In this document: piece by piece, positions 1 to 7,479 of the stretch | How positions within the stretch are numbered: position 1 is the first letter of the stretch | Layout of the letters: each line of letters begins with the position of its first letter | Origin: Pseudodesulfovibrio piezophilus C1TLV30 | Lineage (GTDB): Bacteria; Desulfobacterota; Desulfovibrionia; Desulfovibrionales; Desulfovibrionaceae | Reading direction: 5' to 3' | Assembly (NCBI RefSeq): GCF_000341895.1 | Contig: NC_020409.1 | Location: forward strand, 3,302,411-3,334,410 | DNA length: 32,000 nt | Notes under the pieces: model-generated | Told to the model about the DNA's origin: nothing | Database searches by the model: none | The model's input: only the letters and a program-made list of their open reading frames with translations | Translations under genes and position numbers: made by a program

Positions 1-1666
1 CCACATGAAGCATGGTGCGTTGGGATTCAAGGATTTCGGTTTCATCGACAACGACTTCAAGGGCCCCGGCTATTTCTCCTTTATCGCCTTGCAGGGGAAT
101 GGCATATCCCTTGATATCCTTGGTGCCTGTTTGCAGATTAGCACGCATGGCACTGCTTTCACTCTGGACTTCATGCATCGCTTTGGAGCAGATACAGTTG
201 GTCGTTCGGCAGATGTCGGTATTGAAAACTTCGTGGCATTTGTGACCGACCAACACGGTGTCGGTTCCGGCATATTGGCTGGTTGTGCGATTGGCATAGA
301 GGAGATTGTACTGGGTATCGATAGTGAAAATGGGGAATGGGAATGTATCGAAAGTGGCAGTGAATGTCTCTGCCAGGGTATTCATACTACGAATCAGTTG
401 GGCATAAGCTCCTTCATATTTCGACTCGTCGCCTCGAGCTGTCAGATTTCCCTTGCGAACCTTGGCGGAAATGGCTTCGCAATCCGAGATGAGGTCAGAA
501 AGCCGGGCCGGGATCTGGCTCACGGATTGTCGGATACACCCAAGTTCATCTTGTGAATGTGATTCCATGTCTCGTGTCAGGTTACCTTTGGCGACGTCTT
601 CCGCAAAGAGGCAGATTCGGTTTAACGGCTTGAAAACGGCAAAGGGAAGAACTCCGAGGACAGAGAGAATGGGAATGAGTACAGAGAACAGGAAGATGCC
701 GAGCACAAGCATGGTTGCGCCGTCGAGAATACTGTTTTGGAGAGAAATGTCCTGTGCCAGGGCGATGACCCCTATGGGATGCCCTTGATAGTCGCTCACC
801 GGAAGATACGCTAGGGCGTAATCGCCTGAAACAGTGACAAATCGCTCTTTGACCCCCCGGCGCAAATTTCCCAGTGTAATGGCGTTGCTCACTGTCAAAT
901 TTTCTTTACCAGCCACACGAACAAAAGCGTTTTCAATGACGGGGTATTGTTTCGGGTTCTGCAATTTTGTTGTGGTTGAGAGAAGCGATGCGTCCATATA
1001 GAGCGAAAAGAATTGGTTTTCGTCCTTTTGCAACGATTTGAAGACATCCTCATAGCTTTTCAAGACTTCAACGGACCCGAGCTGGTGCCCGGTGGCGTCA
1101 ATAACCGGTGCCAAACCACGAATGGCGAAACCTCCTCGGCCAGGCTCTATTCCGCGCCGAGGTTTACCATCTCTGTTCACGTCAATGACCGTCTGTCTGA
1201 AACTGGAGATATCGTCTGAGATATCAACCCACTTTCCGTTTCGCTTGGCTTGTTTGTCACGCCACATGCGGACCAGGCTTCTTCCGTTGGGGAGATGGAA
1301 ATGCAGGCGAAGTTTTTCGCCGAGGGTCTTGTCGTATCCCGAGAGAACCGGGGCGAGAGTGTGCCTTAGATTGTCACGAGCCTGTTGCACTGTCAGGTCG
1401 CTTTCTGCGTTAATATTTCCTTCATGGGCCAGCTTGAATGCTTGGATAACCGAGGGCATTCGGCTGAATAAGGCGGCTTCTTCCAGCGCCCTGACAGAGG
1501 CTTCTTCGGTATTCAATTCCACTGTCTGGGCCACTCCGCCGACCAGCATCTGGGCAAAGGAAGCGCGCAGATCCCCGAATTGACCGGTGAGAAGAAAATA
1601 GCCGATCCCGCCCACAAGAAGGACCATGGGGAGAATAGGCAGCAGAATTTTATATTTGATACTCAT
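1..1666 (-). CDS. Sensory transducer, N-terminal part (TM, periplasmic Cache-like domain, TM, HAMP, PAS-like). Probably a methyl-accepting chemotaxis protein. The 3' end lies left of the window.
   Basis: Absent from the ORF track because there is no stop inside the window. The reverse strand is open from the ATG at 1666 down to position 2, and GGAGGAGATCACTT sits upstream of that ATG. Translation reads MSIKYKILLPILPMVLLVGGIGYFLL..., then HFHLPNGRSLVRMWRD, a second TM LVLGIFLFSVLIPILSVLGVL, HAMP-like AEDVAKGNLTRD, and a Cys-rich PAS-like segment. The + strand ORFs 5..556, 453..788 and 1092..1583 are shadows of this gene. The output domain is not visible, so MCP is a guess. Confidence 0.7.
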   Translation of the reverse strand, partial: MSIKYKILLPILPMVLLVGGIGYFLLTGQFGDLRASFAQMLVGGVAQTVELNTEEASVRALEEAALFSRMPSVIQAFKLAHEGNINAESDLTVQQARDNLRHTLAPVLSGYDKTLGEKLRLHFHLPNGRSLVRMWRDKQAKRNGKWVDISDDISSFRQTVIDVNRDGKPRRGIEPGRGGFAIRGLAPVIDATGHQLGSVEVLKSYEDVFKSLQKDENQFFSLYMDASLLSTTTKLQNPKQYPVIENAFVRVAGKENLTVSNAITLGNLRRGVKERFVTVSGDYALAYLPVSDYQGHPIGVIALAQDISLQNSILDGATMLVLGIFLFSVLIPILSVLGVLPFAVFKPLNRICLFAEDVAKGNLTRDMESHSQDELGCIRQSVSQIPARLSDLISDCEAISAKVRKGNLTARGDESKYEGAYAQLIRSMNTLAETFTATFDTFPFPIFTIDTQYNLLYANRTTSQYAGTDTVLVGHKCHEVFNTDICRTTNCICSKAMHEVQSESSAMRANLQTGTKDIKGYAIPLQGDKGEIAGALEVVVDETEILESQRTMLHV

Positions 1667-2126
1667 AAGTGATCTCCTCCAGTCGCCATTTGGATTTGAA
1701 GCAACTCCTTGGGAGTCACTTGTCCATTCGCGTCAGCGTCGTCTGGAATAGTCAGAAATCGGCGACAAGTTTGTCCGTATGTTCAGATATTCAGACCTGA
1801 TATACTGTTGATAAGTCTTCTGTACAGAACATGGAGGATTGTTCCAAAAGGAACAAATAAAATGAGGAAATGGTCGGATTTTCTACAATTCTCTCTCAAA
1901 AATTGTGAAAAAAAACACAACCCAACTTACTGATATAGTGTAGTTCTTATTACTACATGTATAAAAAATCAATGAAAAAAGGGTGTTCGAGTTGAGTTGT
2001 GGAAAAGGTGTTCTTAATGAGAGAGATTTCTCTTTGCAGGAATCGTTTTCGGCGTGATCCGGCTGGCAACAGGGAAACAAGAGACAGTGCTGTTTCGGTG
2101 AAAGCTCAGGAGATGTCATGCACCAT

Positions 2127-2160
2127 AAAACCGCGAGGAAGAAAAATTCCACGCGGTTTT
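2127..2160 (-). terminator. Hairpin with U-run downstream of the flavoprotein gene
   Basis: The minus strand reads AAAACCGCGTGGAATTTTTCTTCCTCGCGGTTTTATGG. This gives a 9-bp interrupted stem followed by TTTT, 23 nt after the stop at 2183. Confidence 0.55.
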
Positions 2161-2182
2161 ATGAACGAATCAGGCCAGAGGA

Positions 2183-2842
2183 TTATTGTGTTTCAATTGT
2201 CCCGGAACCGAGGCGTGTGCCGAGTTCGAAGGCGCGGCGACAGTCTTTGCCGAAAACAGCCTCACGATACTGCGCTTTTTCATCTTTATCAAATCCGGTC
2301 TCGTATTTGTCATAATCATCATACTGGGTCGTGTTCATGGCAAGGACGAGTTCAGATGCGCCAAATTGGCGTTCCAGATTTGAGCGGGTGCGTTCAAACA
2401 TGCTTTCATAGCCCATCTGTTCGATCATCGATTCAGGAATGTTCATGGTGTAAATAAGGCCAGTGGGAATGCGGCGTGGAAAATGAGAATCGGCATAGTT
2501 TTGATAATTCAGGTAGGGGAATTGTAACCGTTCCAAAAATGTCCGGGTACACGCTGTTTCAGAGCCAAAATAAACTGGTGTGCCGACAACCAGAGCATCT
2601 GCATCACGGATTTTTTCAAGCACTGGTGCCAGTTCGTCTTTGAGAACACACACTCCGGTCTGTTTTCTGTCATGCCTTTTGCAAGCGAAACAACTGGCAC
2701 AGCCCTTGAAATCCAACGGGTAGAGATGAATCAATTCGACTTCTGCTCCAACGCTTTTGGCCCCTTCGAGGGTGTGCTCCAGCATGGTAACCGTATTCCA
2801 TTTTTTCTTTCGTGGACTTCCATTAAAGGCGAGAACTTTCAT
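2183..2842 (-). CDS. Flavodoxin-like NAD(P)H-dependent FMN reductase / iron-sulfur flavoprotein-like protein
   Basis: MKVLAFNGSPRKKKWNT..., a CASCFACK Cys motif and ADALVVGTPVYFGS are typical of the FMN_red / Isf-type fold. I chose the internal ATG at 2842, preceded by CAAGGAGATACC, over the longer track ORF that runs to 2977. Confidence 0.8.
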   Translation of the reverse strand: MKVLAFNGSPRKKKWNTVTMLEHTLEGAKSVGAEVELIHLYPLDFKGCASCFACKRHDRKQTGVCVLKDELAPVLEKIRDADALVVGTPVYFGSETACTRTFLERLQFPYLNYQNYADSHFPRRIPTGLIYTMNIPESMIEQMGYESMFERTRSNLERQFGASELVLAMNTTQYDDYDKYETGFDKDEKAQYREAVFGKDCRRAFELGTRLGSGTIETQ

Positions 2843-2925
2843 GGTATCTCCTTGTGTTGTGCGACGTGCTTGTCGCTGTGTGGATTGTAAACATCGAAAA
2901 CCTTCGAAGTAATAACTCAAAAAAA

Positions 2926-3270
2926 TTATCCGTGAAGAATATGGCGAAGTTTGCGGGCCGCTTCTTGATTGACCCAAAACAGGACATCCTTGCCATCTCG
3001 CTTCATGTGGACAAGGCCTGCTTCACGCAGTTCCTTGAAATGGTGTGAGACCGTGGAAGGAGCCAGCCCGAGCCGCTCTGCAAAGCCGCACTGGCAATTC
3101 TGAAATTCTTCCGGCAACCGTTTGGTAATGGGCTCATGCACGCAGGCTGCGAGTTCACTGTATATACGGAGACGGTGGGGATTGGAGAGCGCCTTGAACA
3201 TGCGTGCCATTCTGTCCAGGTCTGCGTCCGTTTTGGAGGAAACGGTTTGGTCCTCTGTTTTCTTCGACAT
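2926..3270 (-). CDS. ArsR/SmtB-family transcriptional regulator
   Basis: FKALSNPHRLRIYSEL ... LAPSTVSHHFKELREAGLV forms a winged HTH. The track ORF starts with TTG at 3306; the first ATG is at 3270. The start is uncertain (3306, 3270, or the Met at MARMFKAL). Confidence 0.8.
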   Translation of the reverse strand: MSKKTEDQTVSSKTDADLDRMARMFKALSNPHRLRIYSELAACVHEPITKRLPEEFQNCQCGFAERLGLAPSTVSHHFKELREAGLVHMKRDGKDVLFWVNQEAARKLRHILHG

Positions 3271-3384
3271 GTTCTGGACACTATGTCGCTCTCCAGTGGC
3301 TGTCAACGGAGGAAGGTCCGTCGGGGCGGATAGACCATGCTTCCCATTCTTTGTCCAAGAATGTTTTGCGTGGAAGGCTGATAA

Positions 3385-3416
3385 ATGAAAACCCCACTTT
3401 GGTGGAGTGGGGTTTG
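3385..3416 (-). terminator. Rho-independent terminator of the 3477..3845 gene
   Basis: The minus strand reads AAACCCCACTCCACCAAAGTGGGGTTTTCATTT. This is a 9-bp stem (3389-3397 / 3407-3415) followed by a U-run. Confidence 0.7.
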
Positions 3417-3476
3417 ATTCGCGACCTACACTTCTCCTGCGGTGGAGATGTGCGCTGAAGCAGAGGGGACGCGTTG

Positions 3477-3845
3477 TTATTTTTGTCCTTCCAACAGTTC
3501 GGGTTTGACATATTCAGTGATATCATTGCCGAAGTGGACATAGACGTCGTCAACGCCATCGACAGGAATCCAGTAACCATCCATGAACATGTTCGAATAG
3601 CTGGAGAACGCGAGTTGGCGGACACCTTCATTCTTTTTCAGGGAAACATTGGCCTTGCATCCAGGGCAGACTTTCTGGTTTTCGCACAGGGAGTGACATT
3701 TGATCCCAGCATTGATCCCCAAGCCTTGAGCCGCCTTATTGGTTGCCAGGATATCCCTGTCCTTGTGGACGAGGAAGACCGGTGACGGATACAGATTCCA
3801 CATCAATTTGAAACTTTCCAGGATTTCGGGTTGAACGTGTGCCAT
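3477..3845 (-). CDS. Hypothetical cytoplasmic Cys-containing protein (122 aa)
   Basis: ATG at 3845 preceded by AAGGAG. Cys motifs KCHSLC and VCPGCK are present. I recognised no family. It is the last gene of a tightly packed four-gene cluster. Confidence 0.6.
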   Translation of the reverse strand: MAHVQPEILESFKLMWNLYPSPVFLVHKDRDILATNKAAQGLGINAGIKCHSLCENQKVCPGCKANVSLKKNEGVRQLAFSSYSNMFMDGYWIPVDGVDDVYVHFGNDITEYVKPELLEGQK

Positions 3846-3867
3846 TATAAACTCCTTGTTCTGTTAT

Positions 3868-4308
3868 TTATGATCCATGAGCCAGCAGCATCTCGATGAG
3901 AAAAGAGAATGCCGTGCAATTGAAACCGTAGACAGCCATGTAGGCCGTTGTTTTGCCTCGTACGCCTGTCAGCGAGCGGAAAATGAAAATCAATAGGTAG
4001 AAAAGCCATATTGCAGAAGGGAGTATCAGCCTGATCGAAGTCAGGTTTACACTGCCGTACATGGCTTTTTGTGCCAAAACGCCAAGAGGGATCCCTAGTG
4101 AGAGAAAAGCGAATCCGATTGACAGTGAGAGAAAGAGCATCTGTTCAAGTTCGTTGAGACTGAAGGGAAAAGAACTGCTCAGTTTTATGCGCTTGGATTT
4201 GATCGCCCGTTCTTTGCCAATGTAAACACAGGCGATCATGAAGGCGCACATGAAGAGAATATAGCCAAGTGAGCAGGCCGTGATATGAATAATCAGTAGA
4301 TTTGACAT
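3868..4308 (-). CDS. Integral membrane protein (about 4 TM, 146 aa), function unknown
   Basis: ATG at 4308 preceded by GAAGGAAAGAGGG. It is hydrophobic throughout. There is a loose resemblance to the C-terminal half of YpjD/CcsA-like proteins, but no WWD haem-handling motif is seen. Confidence 0.65.
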   Translation of the reverse strand: MSNLLIIHITACSLGYILFMCAFMIACVYIGKERAIKSKRIKLSSSFPFSLNELEQMLFLSLSIGFAFLSLGIPLGVLAQKAMYGSVNLTSIRLILPSAIWLFYLLIFIFRSLTGVRGKTTAYMAVYGFNCTAFSFLIEMLLAHGS

Positions 4309-4325
4309 CCCTCTTTCCTTCTCTC

Positions 4326-4478
4326 TTAATCCTCTTGGGGGGCCACAGGGCGATGGTCTCCATGCTTGCCGTCATGGGATGGTGTTTGATTTGGTTCCTG
4401 TTTTCGTTTGATCGATCTGCGATACAGAAAACGACCCAGCAGCCCAGCAATCACCGTTGTTCCGAAGACGACACCCAT
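4326..4478 (-). CDS. Small single-TM protein (50 aa), translationally coupled to the upstream gene
   Basis: The internal Met of track ORF 4326..4595 gives MGVVFGTTVIAGLLGRFLYRRSIKRK... Its ATG (4478-4476) overlaps the TAA stop (4480-4478) of the preceding ORF as TAATG. Confidence 0.4.
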   Translation of the reverse strand: MGVVFGTTVIAGLLGRFLYRRSIKRKQEPNQTPSHDGKHGDHRPVAPQED

Positions 4479-4687
4479 TAGCGATTCTGCCAATAGCCGC
4501 GAAGACTTCCAACTGGTGGCGCAGCTTCGCCATGTTCCCACTTTGTCCTGACGTAGCGTTTCCAGCCAGGACAGAACCGGGTATGCCAAATCCATATTTT
4601 ACCGAGGAATGACGCAGATGCCTTCTCTGCTTTTTCTCGAAATCGACATGTGTCGCATGACATTTGAGGACGTTTCTCCGTATCCAT
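4478..4687 (-). CDS. Small Cys-motif protein (69 aa; CxxC ... WH..CPGWK.Y)
   Basis: MDTEKRPQMSCDTCRFREKAEK...IWIWHTRFCPGWKRYV. ATG at 4687 with GGAG 9 nt upstream. It is the first gene of the four-gene cluster. Family not recognised with certainty. Confidence 0.5.
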   Translation of the reverse strand: MDTEKRPQMSCDTCRFREKAEKASASFLGKIWIWHTRFCPGWKRYVRTKWEHGEAAPPVGSLRGYWQNR

Positions 4688-4811
4688 ATGTATTTGCTCC
4701 GTGGTGTGGTGTGGCTATGACTGTCGTCAATCGTGAGCAAAGAGTACACCTGATGCAAAAGAATTCCTCTCAGGTCTGCAACGAGATGTAACAAGATGTA
4801 TCCTGCCCTTC

Positions 4812-4830
4812 GAAACATTTGGAAACATTT
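4812..4830 (+). promoter_or_regulatory. Tandem direct repeat GAAACATTT-g-GAAACATTT; candidate OmpR-family response-regulator binding site
   Basis: Two exact 9-mers with 10-bp periodicity, about 80-100 nt upstream of the LTxxQ gene start (4912). The gene heads an operon that encodes an OmpR-type regulator. Confidence 0.4.
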
Positions 4831-4911
4831 CGTTGCTAAGAAGAAAAGCCTTGGGCGCTGATATTCGGTAGAAGGAAAGAATAATAACCATCAGACACCA
4901 AGGAGTATGTG

Positions 4912-5370
4912 ATGAGAAAAGTGATAATTATCGGAATGTTAGTTTGTGTCGCCGTTATCGGGGCATGTACTCGCTACGCTGCGATGAAAGGCCCGTTTGA
5001 TGGAGAAGCCATTAACACGGCTTTTTTGGAATTCGTGGTGGACAAGGCCGATGACAAGCTGAACCTGACAGACTCACAGCAGATAGAATTGAGTGGTCTT
5101 GTCGAAAAGATGTTGTTGACCGCATTGGAGCAGCGGCCGCAGGCTGACGCTCTTCGTAAGGAACTTGCCACGCAAATGCTCAATGAGGAACTTGATATGG
5201 ACGCAGTGGAAGCAATCATTGCCAAGCGAATGCAACTGTATCACAGTGTGTTGGAAATCGGAAAATCTGAATTGGTGGCTTTCCACGGAACATTGACCGA
5301 TGAGCAGCGCACGGAACTTTGCCGCTTCATCATGGAACATGGCAAGCACGGGTGGCACGGCAGCAAGTAG
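4912..5370 (+). CDS. Periplasmic LTxxQ-motif (CpxP/Spy/ZraP-like) lipoprotein
   Basis: AGGAG lies 6 nt upstream of the ATG at 4912. Signal peptide with lipobox VIGAC. Two LTxxQ motifs are present (LNLTDSQQIEL and LTDEQRTEL). Confidence 0.75.
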   Translation: MRKVIIIGMLVCVAVIGACTRYAAMKGPFDGEAINTAFLEFVVDKADDKLNLTDSQQIELSGLVEKMLLTALEQRPQADALRKELATQMLNEELDMDAVEAIIAKRMQLYHSVLEIGKSELVAFHGTLTDEQRTELCRFIMEHGKHGWHGSK

Positions 5371-5437
5371 TGTTGCCCGGTTGCCACTGGACCAATTGTG
5401 GTGGACAGTGGCAACGTTACGAATATCAGGGGAGTTT

Positions 5438-6130
5438 ATGGCCGACACCATCTTGATCATTGAGGATGACCCGGATTTGCAGGATTTGCTCCGTGAGTAT
5501 CTGGGCGGATTCGGTTTTGTGGCCCATGCGGAAGGGTATCCGGAGGAGGGATTGAAAACATTCAAGATGCTCGCCCCGGATCTGGTCATACTTGATGTCA
5601 TGCTTCCCGGCATGAACGGATTTGAGGTTTGTCGGCGTATTCGTCAGGAATCAGAGACTCCGATTATCATGCTGACGGCACGGGGTGATGTCATGGATAG
5701 GGTGGCAGGGCTGGAAATAGGCGCAGATGATTATTTGCCAAAACCCTTCGAACCTCGTGAATTGGTGGCTCGAATACAGTCCATATTGCGCCGCAGTCAA
5801 CGTGGCTCGGTTCGTGATATGGGTGAATTTGGCCGTCTGCGGATTGATTTTGATTTGCGTGCAGCTTCAGTGGATGACAAGGATGTTGGTTTGACGACAA
5901 CGGAATTCAATGCCCTAGCCTTGTTGGCGCGAAGACCGGGAAAGACGTTCAGTCGGGATGATCTGATGCAGGAATTACGCGGATTGGACAGTGACTCGTT
6001 TAATAGGTCCATTGATATTACCATGAGTCGGGTCAGGCAGAAGCTTGGTGACGACCCCAAAGCCCCGACATTCATCAAAACCGTCTGGGGAGCGGGGTAT
6101 GTCTTTATTGCTCAGGGGCACCATGATTAA
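5438..6130 (+). CDS. OmpR/PhoB-family response regulator (REC + winged helix), CpxR-like
   Basis: MADTILIIEDDPDLQ ... LVILDVMLPGMNG ... LPKPF ... a C-terminal trans_reg_C-like segment, IKTVWGAGYVF. ATG at 5438 follows AGGGGAG. The upstream part of the track ORF is out-of-context read-through. Confidence 0.9.
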   Translation: MADTILIIEDDPDLQDLLREYLGGFGFVAHAEGYPEEGLKTFKMLAPDLVILDVMLPGMNGFEVCRRIRQESETPIIMLTARGDVMDRVAGLEIGADDYLPKPFEPRELVARIQSILRRSQRGSVRDMGEFGRLRIDFDLRAASVDDKDVGLTTTEFNALALLARRPGKTFSRDDLMQELRGLDSDSFNRSIDITMSRVRQKLGDDPKAPTFIKTVWGAGYVFIAQGHHD

Positions 6131-7427
6131 TTTTCTTCGTCTTGTTTTCCGTTCGTTATTCACTCGTCTGGCGGCGGTCATGTTTTGTGCTGTCATTGGC
6201 ATAAATGTGATCACTTACTCTCTGTATGTTGGTTTGGAATTCGGCCATGAGACGACCATTAACAGAAGCCTCATGGAATATGCCCGGTCCATGGCCAATG
6301 CGATTGGCGTTCCCCCTGACATTGCGGTGGCGCGCCAGTTGGCTGAAGAGCGCATCATGCGCATTACTGTGGATGGTTCGACTTCCTTTGTGGTCGGTGA
6401 GACGCAGAGACGATTCCCGGATCGATTCCTGAAGCCGCGGTTTGCTGTTGACGGTATGGAAGTCTCCAGTCTCCATGGGTTTTATCGAGTCAAGGTGCCT
6501 GTTGCGCCGGATGTGAGCATAACCTTTGATTTGTTCCCGACGGCTGAGGAGAATGCCGCACTGCATACATACGGGATTATTTCCCTGGTCGGCACATGTC
6601 TGATCATGTTCGCGCTGTATCTTGCCGTGCGGTATCTTTTGCGCCCTGTGGGGTGGTTGACCAAGGGGGCGGCCGCTGTTCGGGATGGAGAATTGGGAAG
6701 CCGTGTGCCTGAGAAGAGCAGCGGGGAACTGAGAGAACTTTCCGAGACCTTTAACCAAATGGCAGCCCGTCTTGAATCCCTGATAGACGGCCATCAAAAA
6801 TTGCTTCTTGGGGTCAGTCATGAATTGCGGACTCCACTGACTCGGCTCAAACTTCGATTGGCTATGTTGGGTGAAGCCGTCAACATCGACCCCATCTGCA
6901 AGGACATTCGCCAAATGGAAACGATGATCGCCATTCTGCTTGATGCCGCCCGTATGCGGCATGACACCATGACGCTCAATCTTGAATCCGTAGACATGGC
7001 GGATTTGTTGAGCGATGCAGCGACTCTCTATGGAGACTCTCCTCCCGGTGTCAGGTTTGTCTCGCCCGGAATTCCGGTCGTCGCCACCGTTGATCGATTG
7101 CGGATGGAAGTGTTGATCAGTAACCTCATTGATAACGCCATCAAATATTCAGCTCGGGAGAGCGCACCAGTGGAGTTGCTCTTGTCACACACTGATGAGG
7201 GTGTAGAATTTTCAGTGTCTGATCAGGGGATAGGTATTCCGGATGACGCCTTGGAGCATCTTTTCGAACCTTTTTACAGGGTCGATGAATCTCGGACACC
7301 CCGGACCGGGGGCTATGGTCTTGGATTGTATATGTGCCAGGCCATAGCCGAGGCCCATGGCGTGGTCATCAAGGTCGAGAGTCGATTGGGAGTTGGTACG
7401 ACCATGCGAGTCGTCATTCCTGGCTAA
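6123..7427 (+). CDS. Sensor histidine kinase (2 TM, HAMP, HisKA, HATPase_c), CpxA/EnvZ-like
   Basis: H-box GVSHELRTPLT, N-box ISNLIDNAIKY, G-boxes SDQGIGI and GYGLGL. The ATG at 6123 overlaps the regulator gene's stop by 8 nt. Confidence 0.9.
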   Translation: MINFLRLVFRSLFTRLAAVMFCAVIGINVITYSLYVGLEFGHETTINRSLMEYARSMANAIGVPPDIAVARQLAEERIMRITVDGSTSFVVGETQRRFPDRFLKPRFAVDGMEVSSLHGFYRVKVPVAPDVSITFDLFPTAEENAALHTYGIISLVGTCLIMFALYLAVRYLLRPVGWLTKGAAAVRDGELGSRVPEKSSGELRELSETFNQMAARLESLIDGHQKLLLGVSHELRTPLTRLKLRLAMLGEAVNIDPICKDIRQMETMIAILLDAARMRHDTMTLNLESVDMADLLSDAATLYGDSPPGVRFVSPGIPVVATVDRLRMEVLISNLIDNAIKYSARESAPVELLLSHTDEGVEFSVSDQGIGIPDDALEHLFEPFYRVDESRTPRTGGYGLGLYMCQAIAEAHGVVIKVESRLGVGTTMRVVIPG

Positions 7428-7479
7428 AGCGTGTCCTTTCTCTGCTGTCTTCGTTGCAGCAAGTTTTTTCCTCTTCCGA

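Noticed and set aside
5-1583. Long + strand ORFs (5..556, 453..788, 1013..1219, 1092..1583)
   Set aside because: They lie antisense to a continuous minus-strand reading frame that has clear TM/Cache/HAMP features and a strong RBS and ATG at 1666. Their translations are low-complexity and motif-free, so they are shadow ORFs.
1709-2457. Short ORFs in and around the 1667-2182 intergenic region (1709..1933, 1883..2152, 1999..2457, 2118..2315)
   Set aside because: No RBS and no recognisable motifs. They overlap each other and the terminator hairpin, and some run antisense into the flavoprotein gene.
4326-4818. Either a 148-aa ORF (4372..4818), or a frameshifted pseudogene joining 4478..4687 to 4326..4595
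   Set aside because: The 148-aa frame has no motifs and overlaps both better candidates. The frameshift idea is unnecessary because the two frames meet at a TAATG stop/start overlap, with the TM peptide beginning at that ATG. This is a normal translational-coupling arrangement. It remains unproven.
6156-6962. 268-aa minus-strand ORF inside the histidine kinase gene
   Set aside because: It is antisense to a gene with complete H/N/G boxes and has no motifs of its own.
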